Positions 39,856 to 51,044 of a stretch of 64,000 bases of DNA are shown one piece after another (the stretch's first letter is position 1; each line of letters begins with the position of its first letter). The stretch is from Hydrurus foetidus (taxonomy: Eukaryota). The stretch lies in contig UYFQ01000023.1 in assembly GCA_900617105.1 (NCBI GenBank), forward strand, positions 372,001-436,000, read 5' to 3'. The translations under genes were made by a program, and so were the position numbers. The notes beneath the pieces were generated by a model. The model ran no database searches. It worked only from the letters and a program-made list of their open reading frames with translations, and was not told the DNA's origin.

Positions 39856-40962
39856 TCACGGCGCTAAAGTCGCTGCGCCTGCAATTTGCTTCGATGCCAC
39901 CACCACATCCCCACACTGCGCACGGTGGCGCAATGCGTGCTCCATCACCACCAGCGCCAACATGGCCTCAGCAATCGGTGCGGCGCGTATGCCCACGCAG
40001 GGGTCATGGCGGCCCTTGGTGATGACCTCGGTGCTGGTGCCGTGGATGTCAATCGTCTCACGCGGGGTGGTGATAGAGCTGGTGGGCTTGATGGCGATGG
40101 ACACCTCCAAATCCTGCCCCGTGCTGATGCCCCCGAGCACACCACCCGCGTTGTTGGTGCGAAAACCCTCTGGTGACAACGAATCGCCATGCGTCGTACC
40201 GCGCTGCGCAACGCTGGCAAAACCCGCACCAATCTCAACCCCCTTCACCGCGTTGATGCCCATCATGGCAAAGGCGATATCAGCGTCCAGCTTGTCAAAC
40301 AGCGGTTCACCCAGGCCCACCGGCATGTGGGTCGCCACCACACGAATGCGTGCGCCGCAGGAATCTTGCGCATGGCGCAGCTTGTCCATGTAGGTTTCCA
40401 GCGCGGACACATCGGCGATAGGTGCAAAAAACGGGTTGTTCGGCACATGGCTCCACGACTCAAACGGAATCGCCAGCTCGCCAATCTGCGTCATGCAGCC
40501 GTGAAAACCAATGCCGTGGTGCTCAGCCAGCCATTTTTTAGCCACCGCGCCAGCCGCCACCATCGGGGCTGTCAACCGTGCCGACGAACGCCCACCGCCA
40601 CGCGGGTCGCGCAAGCCGTATTTGTGCAAATAGGTGTAGTCCGCGTGACCAGGGCGAAAGCTTTGCGCGATGGCGCTGTAGTCTTTGGAGCGCTGATCGG
40701 TGTTTTTAATCAACAAGCAAATCGGCGTGCCGGTGGTTTTGCCCTCGTACACGCCGCTCATAATTTCAACAATGTCCAACTCGGCCCGCTGCGTCACATG
40801 ACGGCTGGTGCCGGGGCGGCGGCGGTCTAAGTCCGGCTGAATGTCTGCCTCAGAAAGCGTCATGCCCGGCGGGCAGCCGTCAATCACGCAGCCTATAGCT
40901 GGGCCGTGGGATTCACCAAAGTTGGTGACTGCGAATAGGGTTCCGAAGGTATTGCCGCTCAT
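39856..40962 (-). CDS. aroC: Chorismate synthase
   Basis: [24 protein letters not shown] and GRHDPC motifs. Confidence 0.97.
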   Translation of the reverse strand: MSGNTFGTLFAVTNFGESHGPAIGCVIDGCPPGMTLSEADIQPDLDRRRPGTSRHVTQRAELDIVEIMSGVYEGKTTGTPICLLIKNTDQRSKDYSAIAQSFRPGHADYTYLHKYGLRDPRGGGRSSARLTAPMVAAGAVAKKWLAEHHGIGFHGCMTQIGELAIPFESWSHVPNNPFFAPIADVSALETYMDKLRHAQDSCGARIRVVATHMPVGLGEPLFDKLDADIAFAMMGINAVKGVEIGAGFASVAQRGTTHGDSLSPEGFRTNNAGGVLGGISTGQDLEVSIAIKPTSSITTPRETIDIHGTSTEVITKGRHDPCVGIRAAPIAEAMLALVVMEHALRHRAQCGDVVVASKQIAGAATLAP

Positions 40963-40985
40963 AGGGCGACATTATCCCTGCCAAT

Positions 40986-41441
40986 TCACCCCGAACTCGC
41001 CTCGTCGGCCGCAGGCCAATCGCGGATGTAAGCCTTGAGCATTTTGTTTTCAAAGTTTTGGCTGTCAACAACTGCCTTGGCCACGTCGTAAAAGCTGATG
41101 ACACCCATCAGCATTTTCTTGTCCATCACCGGCAGGTAACGGGCATGTTGCAGCAGCATCATGCGACGCACTTCGTCCAGCTCGGTCTCGGGGGTACAGG
41201 TCAGCGGATGGTCATCCATCGCAGTGCGAACCAAAATGGTGCCAATCGCGTTGCCGTTTTTCACCACGCTTTGAATCACTTCGCGGAAGGTCAACATACC
41301 CACCATATCGCCATGGTGCATAACCACCAACGAGCCGATGTCTTTTTCTGCCATCAACTCGACCGCGCGGGCCAACGGCTCATCGGGGGACGCGGTGTAC
41401 AACGTATTGCCTTTGACACGCAGGATATCGCTAACTTTCAT
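40986..41441 (-). CDS. CBS domain protein
   Basis: Two CBS repeats (IGSLVV...VGMLT and RYLPV...GVIS..D). Confidence 0.88.
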   Translation of the reverse strand: MKVSDILRVKGNTLYTASPDEPLARAVELMAEKDIGSLVVMHHGDMVGMLTFREVIQSVVKNGNAIGTILVRTAMDDHPLTCTPETELDEVRRMMLLQHARYLPVMDKKMLMGVISFYDVAKAVVDSQNFENKMLKAYIRDWPAADEASSG

Positions 41442-41574
41442 GGGGTTCTCCTCAGATACAGGGGTGTTTGAAAGACTATAGCCCAGATAGTGCGCCGTGG
41501 CTGTCACGATCCTTCACAATAGCCTTGACCCCATCGCCCCGATACATCCCCTTACTGAGACAACAGGAATACCC

Positions 41575-42888
41575 ATGCCCGGCTACGCTGACCCTGGTTT
41601 CGACACCCTCGCCCTCCACGCCGGTGCCGCGCCTGACCCCACCACGGGGGCACGCGCTGTGCCCATTCACCTCACCACCTCGTTCGTCTTCGAGTCCAGC
41701 GACCACGCCGCCGCGCTCTTCAATCTGGAGCGCAGCGGCCATGTCTACAGCCGTATCAGCAACCCCACCAACGCTGTGCTGGAGCAGCGCGTATCAGCGC
41801 TGGAAGGCGGCATCGGAGCCATCGCCACAGCCAGTGGACAGGCGGCCTTGCACTTGTCGATCGCCACGCTGATGGGCGCAGGCTCGCACATAGTGGCCAG
41901 CACGGCGCTGTATGGCGGGTCACAAAACCTACTGCACTACACGCTGCGGCGCTTTGGCATTGAGACCACCTTCGTCAAACCCGGCGACACCGACGGCTGG
42001 CGGGCTGCGGTTCGGCCCAACACCAAGCTGTTTTTCGGTGAAACCGTAGGCAACCCCGGCCTGGACGTGCTGGACATCCCCACCATCAGCGCCCTGGCAC
42101 ACGAGCACGGCGTGCCGCTGCTGGTCGATTCCACCCTCACATCGCCTTGGTTGATGAAGCCTTTTGAGCATGGTGCTGACTTGGTGTACCACTCGGCCAC
42201 CAAGTTCCTCAGCGGTCACGGCACGGTAATTGGCGGCATCGTTGTGGATGGTGGCAGTTTCGACTGGGATAAGAGCGGCAAATTCCCCGAGCTGACCAGC
42301 GCTTACGACGGCTTCCACAACATGGTGTTCAGCGAAGAATCCACCGTCGGTGCTTTTTTGCTGCGTGCCCGGCGCGAAGGGCTGCGCGACTTCGGTGCCT
42401 GCATGAGCCCGCACACCGCGTGGCTGATCCTGCAAGGCATTGAAACCCTGCCCCTGCGCATGGCACGGCACATGAGTAACACGCAAAAAGTGGTGGCGTT
42501 TTTGGCCAGTCACCCCTTTGTATCGCGCGTCGGCCACCCCATGTTGGAAAGCCACAGCAGCCACGCGCTCGCACAAAAGCTGCTGCCACGCGGCGCGGGT
42601 TCGGTCTTCAGCTTCGACCTCAAAGGCCACCGCGAGCAGGGCAAAAAATTCATCGAAACACTGAAAGTCTTCAGCCACCTCGCCAACGTGGGCGACTGCC
42701 GCAGCTTGGTGATCCACCCCGCCAGCACCACACACTTCCGCATGAGCGACGACGCGCTGGCCGGTGCGGGCATCAGCGCAGGCACGGTGCGGTTGTCGAT
42801 TGGCCTGGAAGACCCGGACGATTTGATAGACGACCTGAAACGGGCTTTGAAAGCCGCTGAAAAATCGACAGCCAAGGAAGGGGCTTGA
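41575..42888 (+). CDS. metY: O-acetylhomoserine aminocarboxypropyltransferase (Cys/Met PLP family)
   Basis: YSRISNPT, ASGQAA, HSATKFLSGHG, HPASTTH and RLSIGLE motifs. Confidence 0.88.
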   Translation: MPGYADPGFDTLALHAGAAPDPTTGARAVPIHLTTSFVFESSDHAAALFNLERSGHVYSRISNPTNAVLEQRVSALEGGIGAIATASGQAALHLSIATLMGAGSHIVASTALYGGSQNLLHYTLRRFGIETTFVKPGDTDGWRAAVRPNTKLFFGETVGNPGLDVLDIPTISALAHEHGVPLLVDSTLTSPWLMKPFEHGADLVYHSATKFLSGHGTVIGGIVVDGGSFDWDKSGKFPELTSAYDGFHNMVFSEESTVGAFLLRARREGLRDFGACMSPHTAWLILQGIETLPLRMARHMSNTQKVVAFLASHPFVSRVGHPMLESHSSHALAQKLLPRGAGSVFSFDLKGHREQGKKFIETLKVFSHLANVGDCRSLVIHPASTTHFRMSDDALAGAGISAGTVRLSIGLEDPDDLIDDLKRALKAAEKSTAKEGA

Positions 42889-42890
42889 GC

Positions 42891-43697
42891 ATGTACCTCA
42901 CCGTCAACCACCACAGCACCTACTGCTACACCGGCGGCAAAGCTTTTGATGCCACCAAGCCCACTGTCGTCTTCATCCACGGCGTGCTGAACGACCACAG
43001 CGTGTGGATTTTGCAAACCCGCTACTTCGCCAACCACGGCTGGAACGTGCTGGCCCCCGATTTGCCCGGCCACTGCAAAAGCGAAGGCGAACCACCCATC
43101 ACGGTAGAGGCCGCCGCCAGCTTCATCCTCGCGCTGCTGGACGCGGTGGGCGCCCCCCAAGCCGCGCTGGTGGGCCACAGCTTTGGCTCGTTGATCGCGC
43201 TGCACACCGCCGCCGTTGCACCTGACCGGGTGACGCATTTGGCGTTGGTGGGTACCGCTTTCCCGATGAAAGTGTCCCCCGCCCTGCTGGATACAGCACT
43301 GAACGCACCGCACCAAGCCATAGCGATGGTGAACCAGTTTTCGCATTCGATGCTCGCCCCGCCACCGTCATCCCTGGGGCCGGGCACCTGGCTCTATGGC
43401 AGCTCACAAGCCTTGATGCGCCGTGTGCTGGCCAGCAACCCCAAAACCAATGTTTTCCACACTGGATTCAAGGCTTGTGATGACTACAAAGACGGCTTAG
43501 CGCATATAGAACGTGTTAGATGCGATATTCTTTTCATAGTGGGCAGTGAAGATCAAATGACACCACCGAAAGCCGCACAAACGCTGATCGCCAAAGCCCG
43601 CCAATCTCAAGTCGTCACCCTGCAAGCTGGGCATTCGCTGATGTCGGAAGCGCCGGACGGGGTACTTTTTGCGTTGCGTGATTTTTTGAACCGTTGA
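42891..43697 (+). CDS. Alpha/beta hydrolase
   Basis: FIHG, DLPGH, GHSFG nucleophile elbow and AGH motifs. Confidence 0.9.
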   Translation: MYLTVNHHSTYCYTGGKAFDATKPTVVFIHGVLNDHSVWILQTRYFANHGWNVLAPDLPGHCKSEGEPPITVEAAASFILALLDAVGAPQAALVGHSFGSLIALHTAAVAPDRVTHLALVGTAFPMKVSPALLDTALNAPHQAIAMVNQFSHSMLAPPPSSLGPGTWLYGSSQALMRRVLASNPKTNVFHTGFKACDDYKDGLAHIERVRCDILFIVGSEDQMTPPKAAQTLIAKARQSQVVTLQAGHSLMSEAPDGVLFALRDFLNR

Positions 43698-43707
43698 GAC
43701 CGCTGCC

Positions 43708-46305
43708 CTAAAACGCCCGCTGCCGAAAGGCCAACACCACTTGGTTGCGCAACGTTCCCATCAGCGCCAACTCTTTCGCCCCCAGAGGCAATGCTGAAGA
43801 CTCCGCAGTGCCTCGGTCAGCGTAAATTACCCCTAGCGGTTGGGATTTGAGGTGCAGCGGCAACATCAGCACACTGTTAGCCCCCATAGATTTAAGTCTC
43901 CATGTGGGCAGCGCATCCGTCGGGTGCCGTGTCAAATGACTGGCCACATCAGGTAGCCACAGGTCGTCGCCTTTGATGATGGTCGCCGTGAACAAATCAC
44001 CGCTATCGTCCATAGCGAGACGTAAACGGCCTGGATCTTTGTCGCCCAAAGGGGACGCACCAACGGCAATACAGCCCACCAGTGTGTTCGATTTGGCCTC
44101 GCGTACACAGAAAATAACTTGCCTGAAACCTGCGGCTTGCTGCAAAGTATGCAACACGCTCAGCACAATGGTATTGAGTTTGAACGGCTCTAGCAGGCGA
44201 TGGGCCAAATCTTGGACACCTGTGGCGAGCAGCTCTTGACAAGTCTGGCGCTGCAACTCCGCAGTGCGCACAGGCGCTGATGTGGGTACGGCAACCACTG
44301 GCTGCGGCACCAACCCCAAACGGTGCGCTACGTGGCTGTGTTGCATGTCCATGCGCAACAGTTGCAGCAATTGCGAGGTTGCCACAGCAGCCACCTCGAG
44401 CGCCGCCATGACTTCTTTGGTGGTCAAGGCTAACGCCTTGGCGTAGCGCTGGCTGGCCACCGTCAGGGCAGCGTGCTGGCGAGCTGCGCTGGGCTGCACC
44501 CAGGCACTGGCCAGCTCCGTCGCGAACGCACTCAAAGTGCGCAGCATCTCGGTGTGGTTACCGGGTGTAGGCACTGCTGTCACGGTGCTCAAGGACATGG
44601 CATCGTCAGCACTGACGTCCTCCACCACGGCACGCATGCTGCGCCACACGGCTTCCGGTAGACCCCACGCTTTAGCAACACCAATGCCCAAAGCATCGCA
44701 GCCCAGACCCAGAACTTGGCGAACGACACGGTCACGTTGGGTGGCAGCACTGCTCAAAGCGCCAGAGGATGCGGTTTGGCACAACCGGTCAATCTCAGCC
44801 GACTCTTCGGGGAAGTAATGGTGCAGAAGAACCTCACCCAGGCGGTGAAAACTGCCACAGATAAAGACCTCTTCGGCATCACGGTCGCGCAAGCCTGACA
44901 GTTCCCGCGCCAAGGTTCCACTGAAGTGGGCCAGCAGGCGATCGTCCAGCAAACGACCAGCATGGGCTTTGTCTTTGTTCGGTGCCAACAGTGGCAATGA
45001 GGTGGCAGCGGTGCGCACCGCTGCGTAGCCCAGCAGCTGGATGGCGCGTGACACGGTGCTGACCGCACCACCCCCAAAGCTGCGGTGCGCGGCCGAATTC
45101 ACCATGCGCAGCAGCTTTTGCGTGACGGCCATATCACCTAGCACCGCCTCGGTCAGCACGGTCAGGTTTTGTCGATCAGAAGAGGACAAACGGTTGACCA
45201 GCACCAGAGATTCAGCCAGCGCGGGGAAGTCACTTTTGAAACGAATGCGCCGTAACAAAGCCTCCAGCGCCACGGCTTGGGCAGTAGCGGAGACGACAGC
45301 CCCAGCGCGTCCACTGGCCAAACCTGATGAGCTGAGTGCATCGCCTTCAAACTGAGCCAACGAAGGATTTGCCCAACCCGTCAGGGCATCAACCAAATCC
45401 ACCATGCAGGCATAACGCAGCGCTGGGTCACGGGCCAGGGCTCGGCCTATGACGGCACGCAGACGATCGTCCACCGGGTAGGGAGTGATGTCGGGCAAGG
45501 CGATGTCGGTGTTCACCAAAAAATGGATGGCGGCAAAACCGGAATCCCCCGGCACGGCGCGCCGTCCGGTCAGCATTTCAAACAGGATCAAGCCCGCAGA
45601 AAACACGTCCATCTGCGAGGAAACGCGGCCATGCTGGATGTATTCCGGGGCCATGTAAGCGGGGGTTCCAACCAAAGCGTGCGGGTCGGCGGCATCGTCG
45701 AAAATACTGTCACTCACAGCAGCCTGTGCGCTGGCATTGGCGCTGACCTCGTCGTCACTCACTTGGCGCACAGCAATGCCAAAATCCATCACCCGTGCCA
45801 TGCCGCGCCGGTCCATCAAGATGTTGGAGGGTTTGAGGTCACGGTGAATGACATTGTTGGCGTGCGCATAGGCCACAGCATCCAGCACCGGCAGCAACAT
45901 TTTGACGGCAAGCGACGGCACCAGTGCGCCCTGCAGGCGCAGCACTTCGGCCAGCGTGGGGCCAGACACGTACTCGAACACCAAATACGCACTGCTCGCC
46001 CTTTGCCCATTACTTTGCTCATTCACCGCATCGTCTTGCGTCGCATTGACGGCTTCAAACACCGGGATGATGGCCGCGTGGCTCAACCGACTGACGGCGC
46101 GAGCCTCATTGAGCAAAGCCTTGGCCGTGTCCGCTGAGCCACGCAGGGCTTTCAGTGCCACCTCGCGGTGCAGCTGCGGGTCAAACGCGAGGTAGACCAC
46201 GCTTTGCGCGCCCTGCCCGAGTTGCCGCACGATGTGAAACCGGCCCAACGTGGACGGCAACTGCGGTGCAGCAGACAAGGGTAATGGTGCAGAATTAGCT
46301 ATCAT
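43708..46305 (-). CDS. Hanks-type Ser/Thr kinase fused to HDOD and a C-terminal GAF-like domain
   Basis: LGQGAQSVVY, VALK, HRDLKPSN, DFG and GTPAYMAPE; then HDOD motifs KLLRMVNSA..STVSRAI.LLG; then GVIYAD. Confidence 0.88.
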   Translation of the reverse strand: MIANSAPLPLSAAPQLPSTLGRFHIVRQLGQGAQSVVYLAFDPQLHREVALKALRGSADTAKALLNEARAVSRLSHAAIIPVFEAVNATQDDAVNEQSNGQRASSAYLVFEYVSGPTLAEVLRLQGALVPSLAVKMLLPVLDAVAYAHANNVIHRDLKPSNILMDRRGMARVMDFGIAVRQVSDDEVSANASAQAAVSDSIFDDAADPHALVGTPAYMAPEYIQHGRVSSQMDVFSAGLILFEMLTGRRAVPGDSGFAAIHFLVNTDIALPDITPYPVDDRLRAVIGRALARDPALRYACMVDLVDALTGWANPSLAQFEGDALSSSGLASGRAGAVVSATAQAVALEALLRRIRFKSDFPALAESLVLVNRLSSSDRQNLTVLTEAVLGDMAVTQKLLRMVNSAAHRSFGGGAVSTVSRAIQLLGYAAVRTAATSLPLLAPNKDKAHAGRLLDDRLLAHFSGTLARELSGLRDRDAEEVFICGSFHRLGEVLLHHYFPEESAEIDRLCQTASSGALSSAATQRDRVVRQVLGLGCDALGIGVAKAWGLPEAVWRSMRAVVEDVSADDAMSLSTVTAVPTPGNHTEMLRTLSAFATELASAWVQPSAARQHAALTVASQRYAKALALTTKEVMAALEVAAVATSQLLQLLRMDMQHSHVAHRLGLVPQPVVAVPTSAPVRTAELQRQTCQELLATGVQDLAHRLLEPFKLNTIVLSVLHTLQQAAGFRQVIFCVREAKSNTLVGCIAVGASPLGDKDPGRLRLAMDDSGDLFTATIIKGDDLWLPDVASHLTRHPTDALPTWRLKSMGANSVLMLPLHLKSQPLGVIYADRGTAESSALPLGAKELALMGTLRNQVVLAFRQRAF

Positions 46306-47556
46306 TTATGCAGCAATAAATTCAGGTAATGGAAGCACATCACGCAACTTAAGGAGAGAGAGATGGGCATTGTCCCAAAAATTTTGCACCGCGCAGTCAG
46401 GGAGGATAAGCAGCCGCTCCACCAACCCGGCAAGCGGTGTGGTGTCCACATTGGCCAGCAGCACCAAACGGGCTTCAGGCATGGTGTCTGAGGGTTCAAG
46501 GATGCCGATCCAGCCCAGTGCGAACAAGGCTTCGAGCACAGGTTCCAGCTGCACCTGCTCGACTTGCAGGGCACCAGCCAGCTGAGCACGTGCTAGGTGA
46601 GGAAGATGCGATTGCGTGCGCTGGTGCAGCGCTTGTAAAACTTCCAGCGCCAGTTGAAACGGCCAGCCCGGCGTACCACCCCGCCGCGCCACCCCTGCCA
46701 GCAGGCTGGGTAAATACGCAGCCAGCACCGCACCCAACAGCACAATGACCCACACCACATAGACCCACAACAGCAGAATTGGAAAAGTAGCAAATGCACC
46801 ATACACCGCGCTGTAGGTAGGCACCGAAGCCAAATACAGGGCCAACAGCTTTTTGGCCAGCTCAATGCCCACAGCAACGAACACACCACCTGACCCAGCG
46901 TGTACCCACTTCACCTGAGTGTTCGGAACGTAGTAAAACAAAGCGGCCATACCTGCTGCCACCAGTCCAAACTCCAACGTATTCACCACAAACTGCAATA
47001 CATCCGTACCACCGCCCACAACATGACCCACGGCGCTGGAAGATGCTGTCAGCAGGTACGAGGTCATCGTCAAACTGGCCCCCAGCAGCAGTGGCCCCAG
47101 CGTCAACCCGGCCCAGTAAATCAGCACCCGTTGCGCCAACTGACGGGGACGTTTCACACGCCAAATGGTGTTGAGCGTGCGGTCAATCGTCAAAATCAAC
47201 ATCAACGCGGTGGTCAACACGCTGACAAAGCCCACCAGCCCCAGTTTGCCGGCTTTGCTGGAAAACTGTGACAGATAGCCCAACACTTGGCGAGCAATGT
47301 TGTCAGGAATCAAACTTTCAATCAGCCACTTTTGCAACACAGTTTGCAGTGTGGCAAACATCGGAAAGGCGGTGAACACGGCCAGCATCACCGTGAACAA
47401 CGGCACCAGCGCGAGCATGGTGGTGAAGGTGAGGCTGCTTGCAGTCAGGCCCAGTTGGTCTTCACGAAAGCGTTGGCGCAGCGCAAAAGCGGTGTTGCGC
47501 CAGGGGAAGTGGGCCAGGGTGTGGCGCAGGTCATGGATAAAAACAGAGAACTTCAT
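46306..47556 (-). CDS. YihY/virulence factor BrkB family inner membrane protein
   Basis: ASSLTFTTMLALVP, LNTIW, YVPN and YGAFA.FPI motifs. Confidence 0.9.
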   Translation of the reverse strand: MKFSVFIHDLRHTLAHFPWRNTAFALRQRFREDQLGLTASSLTFTTMLALVPLFTVMLAVFTAFPMFATLQTVLQKWLIESLIPDNIARQVLGYLSQFSSKAGKLGLVGFVSVLTTALMLILTIDRTLNTIWRVKRPRQLAQRVLIYWAGLTLGPLLLGASLTMTSYLLTASSSAVGHVVGGGTDVLQFVVNTLEFGLVAAGMAALFYYVPNTQVKWVHAGSGGVFVAVGIELAKKLLALYLASVPTYSAVYGAFATFPILLLWVYVVWVIVLLGAVLAAYLPSLLAGVARRGGTPGWPFQLALEVLQALHQRTQSHLPHLARAQLAGALQVEQVQLEPVLEALFALGWIGILEPSDTMPEARLVLLANVDTTPLAGLVERLLILPDCAVQNFWDNAHLSLLKLRDVLPLPEFIAA

Positions 47557-47577
47557 CGCCGCTATGATGCCACCGAC

Positions 47578-48051
47578 ATGAATACCCAAGACCCCAAGGC
47601 CGCAGCGCCTACCGCCGCCACTCTTGCGCAAGCCCCCCTTACGCCCAACATTACGCACCAAATCAACCCCAACGCCCGCGCCCAAGTCGAGATCACCCGC
47701 TGGCTCGCCGTGGGCAGCGTCGTCGGCCTGATCGTGTTGGGCTTGGCCTGGGAGCTGTGGCTGGCCCCGCTTCGCCCCGGTGGCTCGTGGCTGGTCTTCA
47801 AAGTGCTGCCGCTGTGCCTGCCGCTGGCCGGTCTGCTGAAAAACCGCATGTACACCTACCGCTGGGTGAGTCTGTTGGTGTGGCTGTACTTCACCGAAGG
47901 GGCTGTACGAGCCTGGGGCGACAAGGCACCGGGCAATTACCTGGCGTTTGCCGAGGTGCTGCTGTGCCTGCTGCTGTTCACCGCCTGTGCGCTGCATGTG
48001 CGGATTCGGCTGCGGTCAGTGTCTGCACCCGCGGCAACCGTTACGCCATGA
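47578..48051 (+). CDS. DUF2069 family membrane protein
   Basis: WELWLAPLRPGGS and YTYRW..LL..LYFTEG motifs. Confidence 0.85.
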   Translation: MNTQDPKAAAPTAATLAQAPLTPNITHQINPNARAQVEITRWLAVGSVVGLIVLGLAWELWLAPLRPGGSWLVFKVLPLCLPLAGLLKNRMYTYRWVSLLVWLYFTEGAVRAWGDKAPGNYLAFAEVLLCLLLFTACALHVRIRLRSVSAPAATVTP

Positions 48052-48095
48052 CATCGCACGACAACGCACGACCACGCTTATCAAAACTTTCGCCC

Positions 48096-49514
48096 ATGAA
48101 CACACTGCTCACCACCCTCGCCCACATCGTCGGCCCCGCCCATGTCTTGGAAGCATCAAAGCAAGACCTGACCCCCTGGGAGCAAGACTGGCGTAAACGT
48201 AAACCTGGCAAAGCGCTTGCTGTCGTTAGGCCCAGCGCTACCAAAGAAGTAGCAGATGTCGTCAAAGCCTGCGCAGCAGCAGGTGTCAGCATCGTGCCCC
48301 AAGGCGGCAACACGGGTTTGGTGGACGGCTCTACGCCAGACAACTCGGGCACACAAATCGTGCTGAGTTTGCAGCGCATGAACCAGGTGCGGGCCATTGA
48401 CGGGGCCAATCTGACGATGACGGCGGAAGCAGGCTGCATTTTGCAAACGCTGCAAGAAACCGCCCGCAACCAAGACTTTTTATTCCCCTTGAGCCTCGCG
48501 GCCGAAGGCAGCTGTACGCTGGGCGGCAACCTGGGCACCAATGCGGGGGGCACGCAGGTGCTGCGCTATGGCAATGCACGCGAGCTGTGCCTGGGACTGG
48601 AGGTTGTGACGGCGCAGGGTGAGGTATGGAGTGGCCTCTCGGGTCTGCGCAAAGACAACACCGGCTATGACCTGCGCGACCTGTTCATTGGCAGCGAAGG
48701 CACGCTGGGCATCATCACTGCTGCGACGATGAAGCTTTACCCGCTGCCCGCTGCCCGTTTGACCGCCTGGGCCGCCGTACCCTCGTTTGACCATGCGGTG
48801 ACGCTCTTGGGGCTGGCGCACCGGCATTTGGGTGCCGGGTTGACCGGGTTTGAGGTGATGGGCCAGTTCGCGCTGAGTTTGGTGACCAAGCATTACCCGC
48901 AGCAGCGCGTGCCGCTGTACCTGGACACGCCTTACTGCGTGCTGCTGGAAGCCAGTGACCACGAATCAGAAACCCACGCCCGTGCGTTGTTTGAGCGCTT
49001 GCTGGAAGTGGCACTGGAGCAAGAATGTGTCACCGATGCGGTGGTGGCTGAGAACATCGCCCAGTCCAAGGCGCTGTGGCATATCCGCGAAAGCATTCCG
49101 CTGGCGCAGGCCGATGAAGGGCCAAACATCAAGCATGACATCTCCGTCGCCGTGTCGCTGATTCCTGAGTTTGTGCGGGTGGCTGAAGCCAGACTGGCAC
49201 AAGCGCTGCCCGGCGTACGTCTGGTGAATTTTGGGCATTTGGGCGATGGTAATTTGCATTTCAACGTGCAAGCGCCTGTGGGGGGTGAGGCGCCGGCCTT
49301 TTTGCTTGACCACGAAGAAGCGGTCAACGCCATCGTTTACGACACGGTGCAGCAGTTTGGCGGCTCCATCTCTGCCGAGCATGGCGTGGGCGGGCTGAAG
49401 GTGGACAAGCTTCCGCATTACAAGCCAGCCGTCGCGCTAGAGATGATGCGGGCCATCAAACGCGGCCTTGATCCGCAAAACCTGATGAACCCTGGGCGCG
49501 TGGTACGTGTTTGA
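48096..49514 (+). CDS. FAD-linked oxidase (GlcD/D-2-hydroxyacid dehydrogenase-like)
   Basis: PQGGNTG, TNAGG, KDNTGYDL, GSEGTLG, GHLGDGNLH and SAEHGVG motifs. Confidence 0.92.
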   Translation: MNTLLTTLAHIVGPAHVLEASKQDLTPWEQDWRKRKPGKALAVVRPSATKEVADVVKACAAAGVSIVPQGGNTGLVDGSTPDNSGTQIVLSLQRMNQVRAIDGANLTMTAEAGCILQTLQETARNQDFLFPLSLAAEGSCTLGGNLGTNAGGTQVLRYGNARELCLGLEVVTAQGEVWSGLSGLRKDNTGYDLRDLFIGSEGTLGIITAATMKLYPLPAARLTAWAAVPSFDHAVTLLGLAHRHLGAGLTGFEVMGQFALSLVTKHYPQQRVPLYLDTPYCVLLEASDHESETHARALFERLLEVALEQECVTDAVVAENIAQSKALWHIRESIPLAQADEGPNIKHDISVAVSLIPEFVRVAEARLAQALPGVRLVNFGHLGDGNLHFNVQAPVGGEAPAFLLDHEEAVNAIVYDTVQQFGGSISAEHGVGGLKVDKLPHYKPAVALEMMRAIKRGLDPQNLMNPGRVVRV

Positions 49515-49615
49515 CAGTTCATCAGCAGGATATTCCAACAATTTTCATGCGCAAAAACTCTGCGCATCAAACTTAAGCATAAACTTCGCACACTACACTC
49601 TCTGTGGAGTCCTTT

Positions 49616-49855
49616 ATGCTGCATTTTGAAAACGCCCCCAAGAAAGCCACCAACCTGTCGCTGAACAGCAAAGTGCTGGAAACAGCACGCGATTTGGGGA
49701 TGAACATCTCCCAAACCGTAGATACCTTGCTGGCAGACGAAGTACAACGCCGCTACTGGCTTAAATGGAACGATGACAACGCGCTAGCGATTGACCATTA
49801 CAACGCTCGCATCAAAACAGAAGGTCTGCCGCTTGAGCAATACCGTTCGTTTTAA
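49616..49855 (+). CDS. ccdA: CcdA family antitoxin
   Basis: KKATNLSL...AR.LGMNIS...W...N..AI..YN.RI..EGLPL..YRSF. Confidence 0.9.
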   Translation: MLHFENAPKKATNLSLNSKVLETARDLGMNISQTVDTLLADEVQRRYWLKWNDDNALAIDHYNARIKTEGLPLEQYRSF

Positions 49856-49867
49856 GCGGTTGTCAAT

Positions 49868-50182
49868 ATGGCCCGCTTTGATGTTTACCCTCACCCCGAT
49901 ACGGCCCGCCGTGCTGCCACGCCCTTTTTAATGGACGTACAAAACAACTTTATTGACCGAGTCGAGAGTCGTGTAGTGATTCCCTTGCGCCACGCTCATG
50001 CTTTCGGCCCGCGCATGCGTGACTTGAACCCCGTATTTGAAATCGCAGGCAAAGAAGTGGTGTTGGACACAGCAGCACTCGCCTCATTCCCAGCCGCAGG
50101 TCTTAAAAAGCCCGTTGCCAGCCTTGCGGCACATCGAACAGACGTGGTTGCTGCGCTGGACACACTCTTTGGCGCTTATTGA
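49868..50182 (+). CDS. ccdB: CcdB family toxin
   Basis: MARFDVY...PFLMDVQ...SRVVIPL...LNPVFEI...ALD.LF; downstream of ccdA. Confidence 0.88.
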   Translation: MARFDVYPHPDTARRAATPFLMDVQNNFIDRVESRVVIPLRHAHAFGPRMRDLNPVFEIAGKEVVLDTAALASFPAAGLKKPVASLAAHRTDVVAALDTLFGAY

Positions 50183-50204
50183 GCACTTTCCTTTTTTGAC
50201 TGCC

Positions 50205-51032
50205 ATGACCCACCCCACCCGCACCCAATACGAAGACTTCATGCGCCTGGTGTACACCCAGGGTGTCAACAAAGCTGACCGCACCGGCACCGGCACGCAA
50301 AGCGTGTTCGGCCACCAAATGCGGTTTGACCTGAACGAAGGCTTTCCGCTGGTGACGACCAAAAAAGTCCACCTCAAATCCATCATCCAAGAGCTGCTGT
50401 GGTTCCTCACTGGCAGCAGCAACAACAACTGGCTCAAAGAGCGCGGCGTGTCGATTTGGGACGAATGGGCGGCGGCCGACGGTGAACTTGGCCCCGTCTA
50501 CGGCGTGCAATGGCGCTCTTGGCCCACACCGGACGGTGGGCACATCGATCAGATCACCGACGTTATCAACACCCTCAAAACCAACCCCGACAGCCGCCGC
50601 ATCATCGTAAGCAGCTGGAACGTGGCTGATTTGAGCAAGATGGCGCTGATGCCCTGCCATGCGTTCTTTCAGTTCTATGTGGCGCCTGCGGTTGAAGGCG
50701 CAAAAGCTCGCCTCTCGTGCCAGCTTTACCAGCGCAGCGCAGACATCTTTTTGGGCGTGCCCTTCAACATCGCCAGCTACGCGCTGCTCACCCACATGGT
50801 GGCGCAGCAGTGCGATCTGGACGTGGGCGATTTCATCTGGACAGGCGGCGATTGCCATATCTACAGCAACCACGTCGAGCAGGTAGAACTGCAACTCAGC
50901 CGTACACCCTACCCCTACCCCACGCTTCACATCAACCGCAAACCCGAGTCGATTTTTGACTACCAGTTTGAAGATTTTGAGGTACGCGATTACTTGCATC
51001 ACCCGGCCATCAAAGCGCCAGTAGCTGTTTAA
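50205..51032 (+). CDS. thyA: Thymidylate synthase
   Basis: DRTGTGT, ELLWFL, PCH and [14 protein letters not shown] motifs. Confidence 0.97.
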   Translation: MTHPTRTQYEDFMRLVYTQGVNKADRTGTGTQSVFGHQMRFDLNEGFPLVTTKKVHLKSIIQELLWFLTGSSNNNWLKERGVSIWDEWAAADGELGPVYGVQWRSWPTPDGGHIDQITDVINTLKTNPDSRRIIVSSWNVADLSKMALMPCHAFFQFYVAPAVEGAKARLSCQLYQRSADIFLGVPFNIASYALLTHMVAQQCDLDVGDFIWTGGDCHIYSNHVEQVELQLSRTPYPYPTLHINRKPESIFDYQFEDFEVRDYLHHPAIKAPVAV

Positions 51033-51044
51033 TTTATAGCAATC

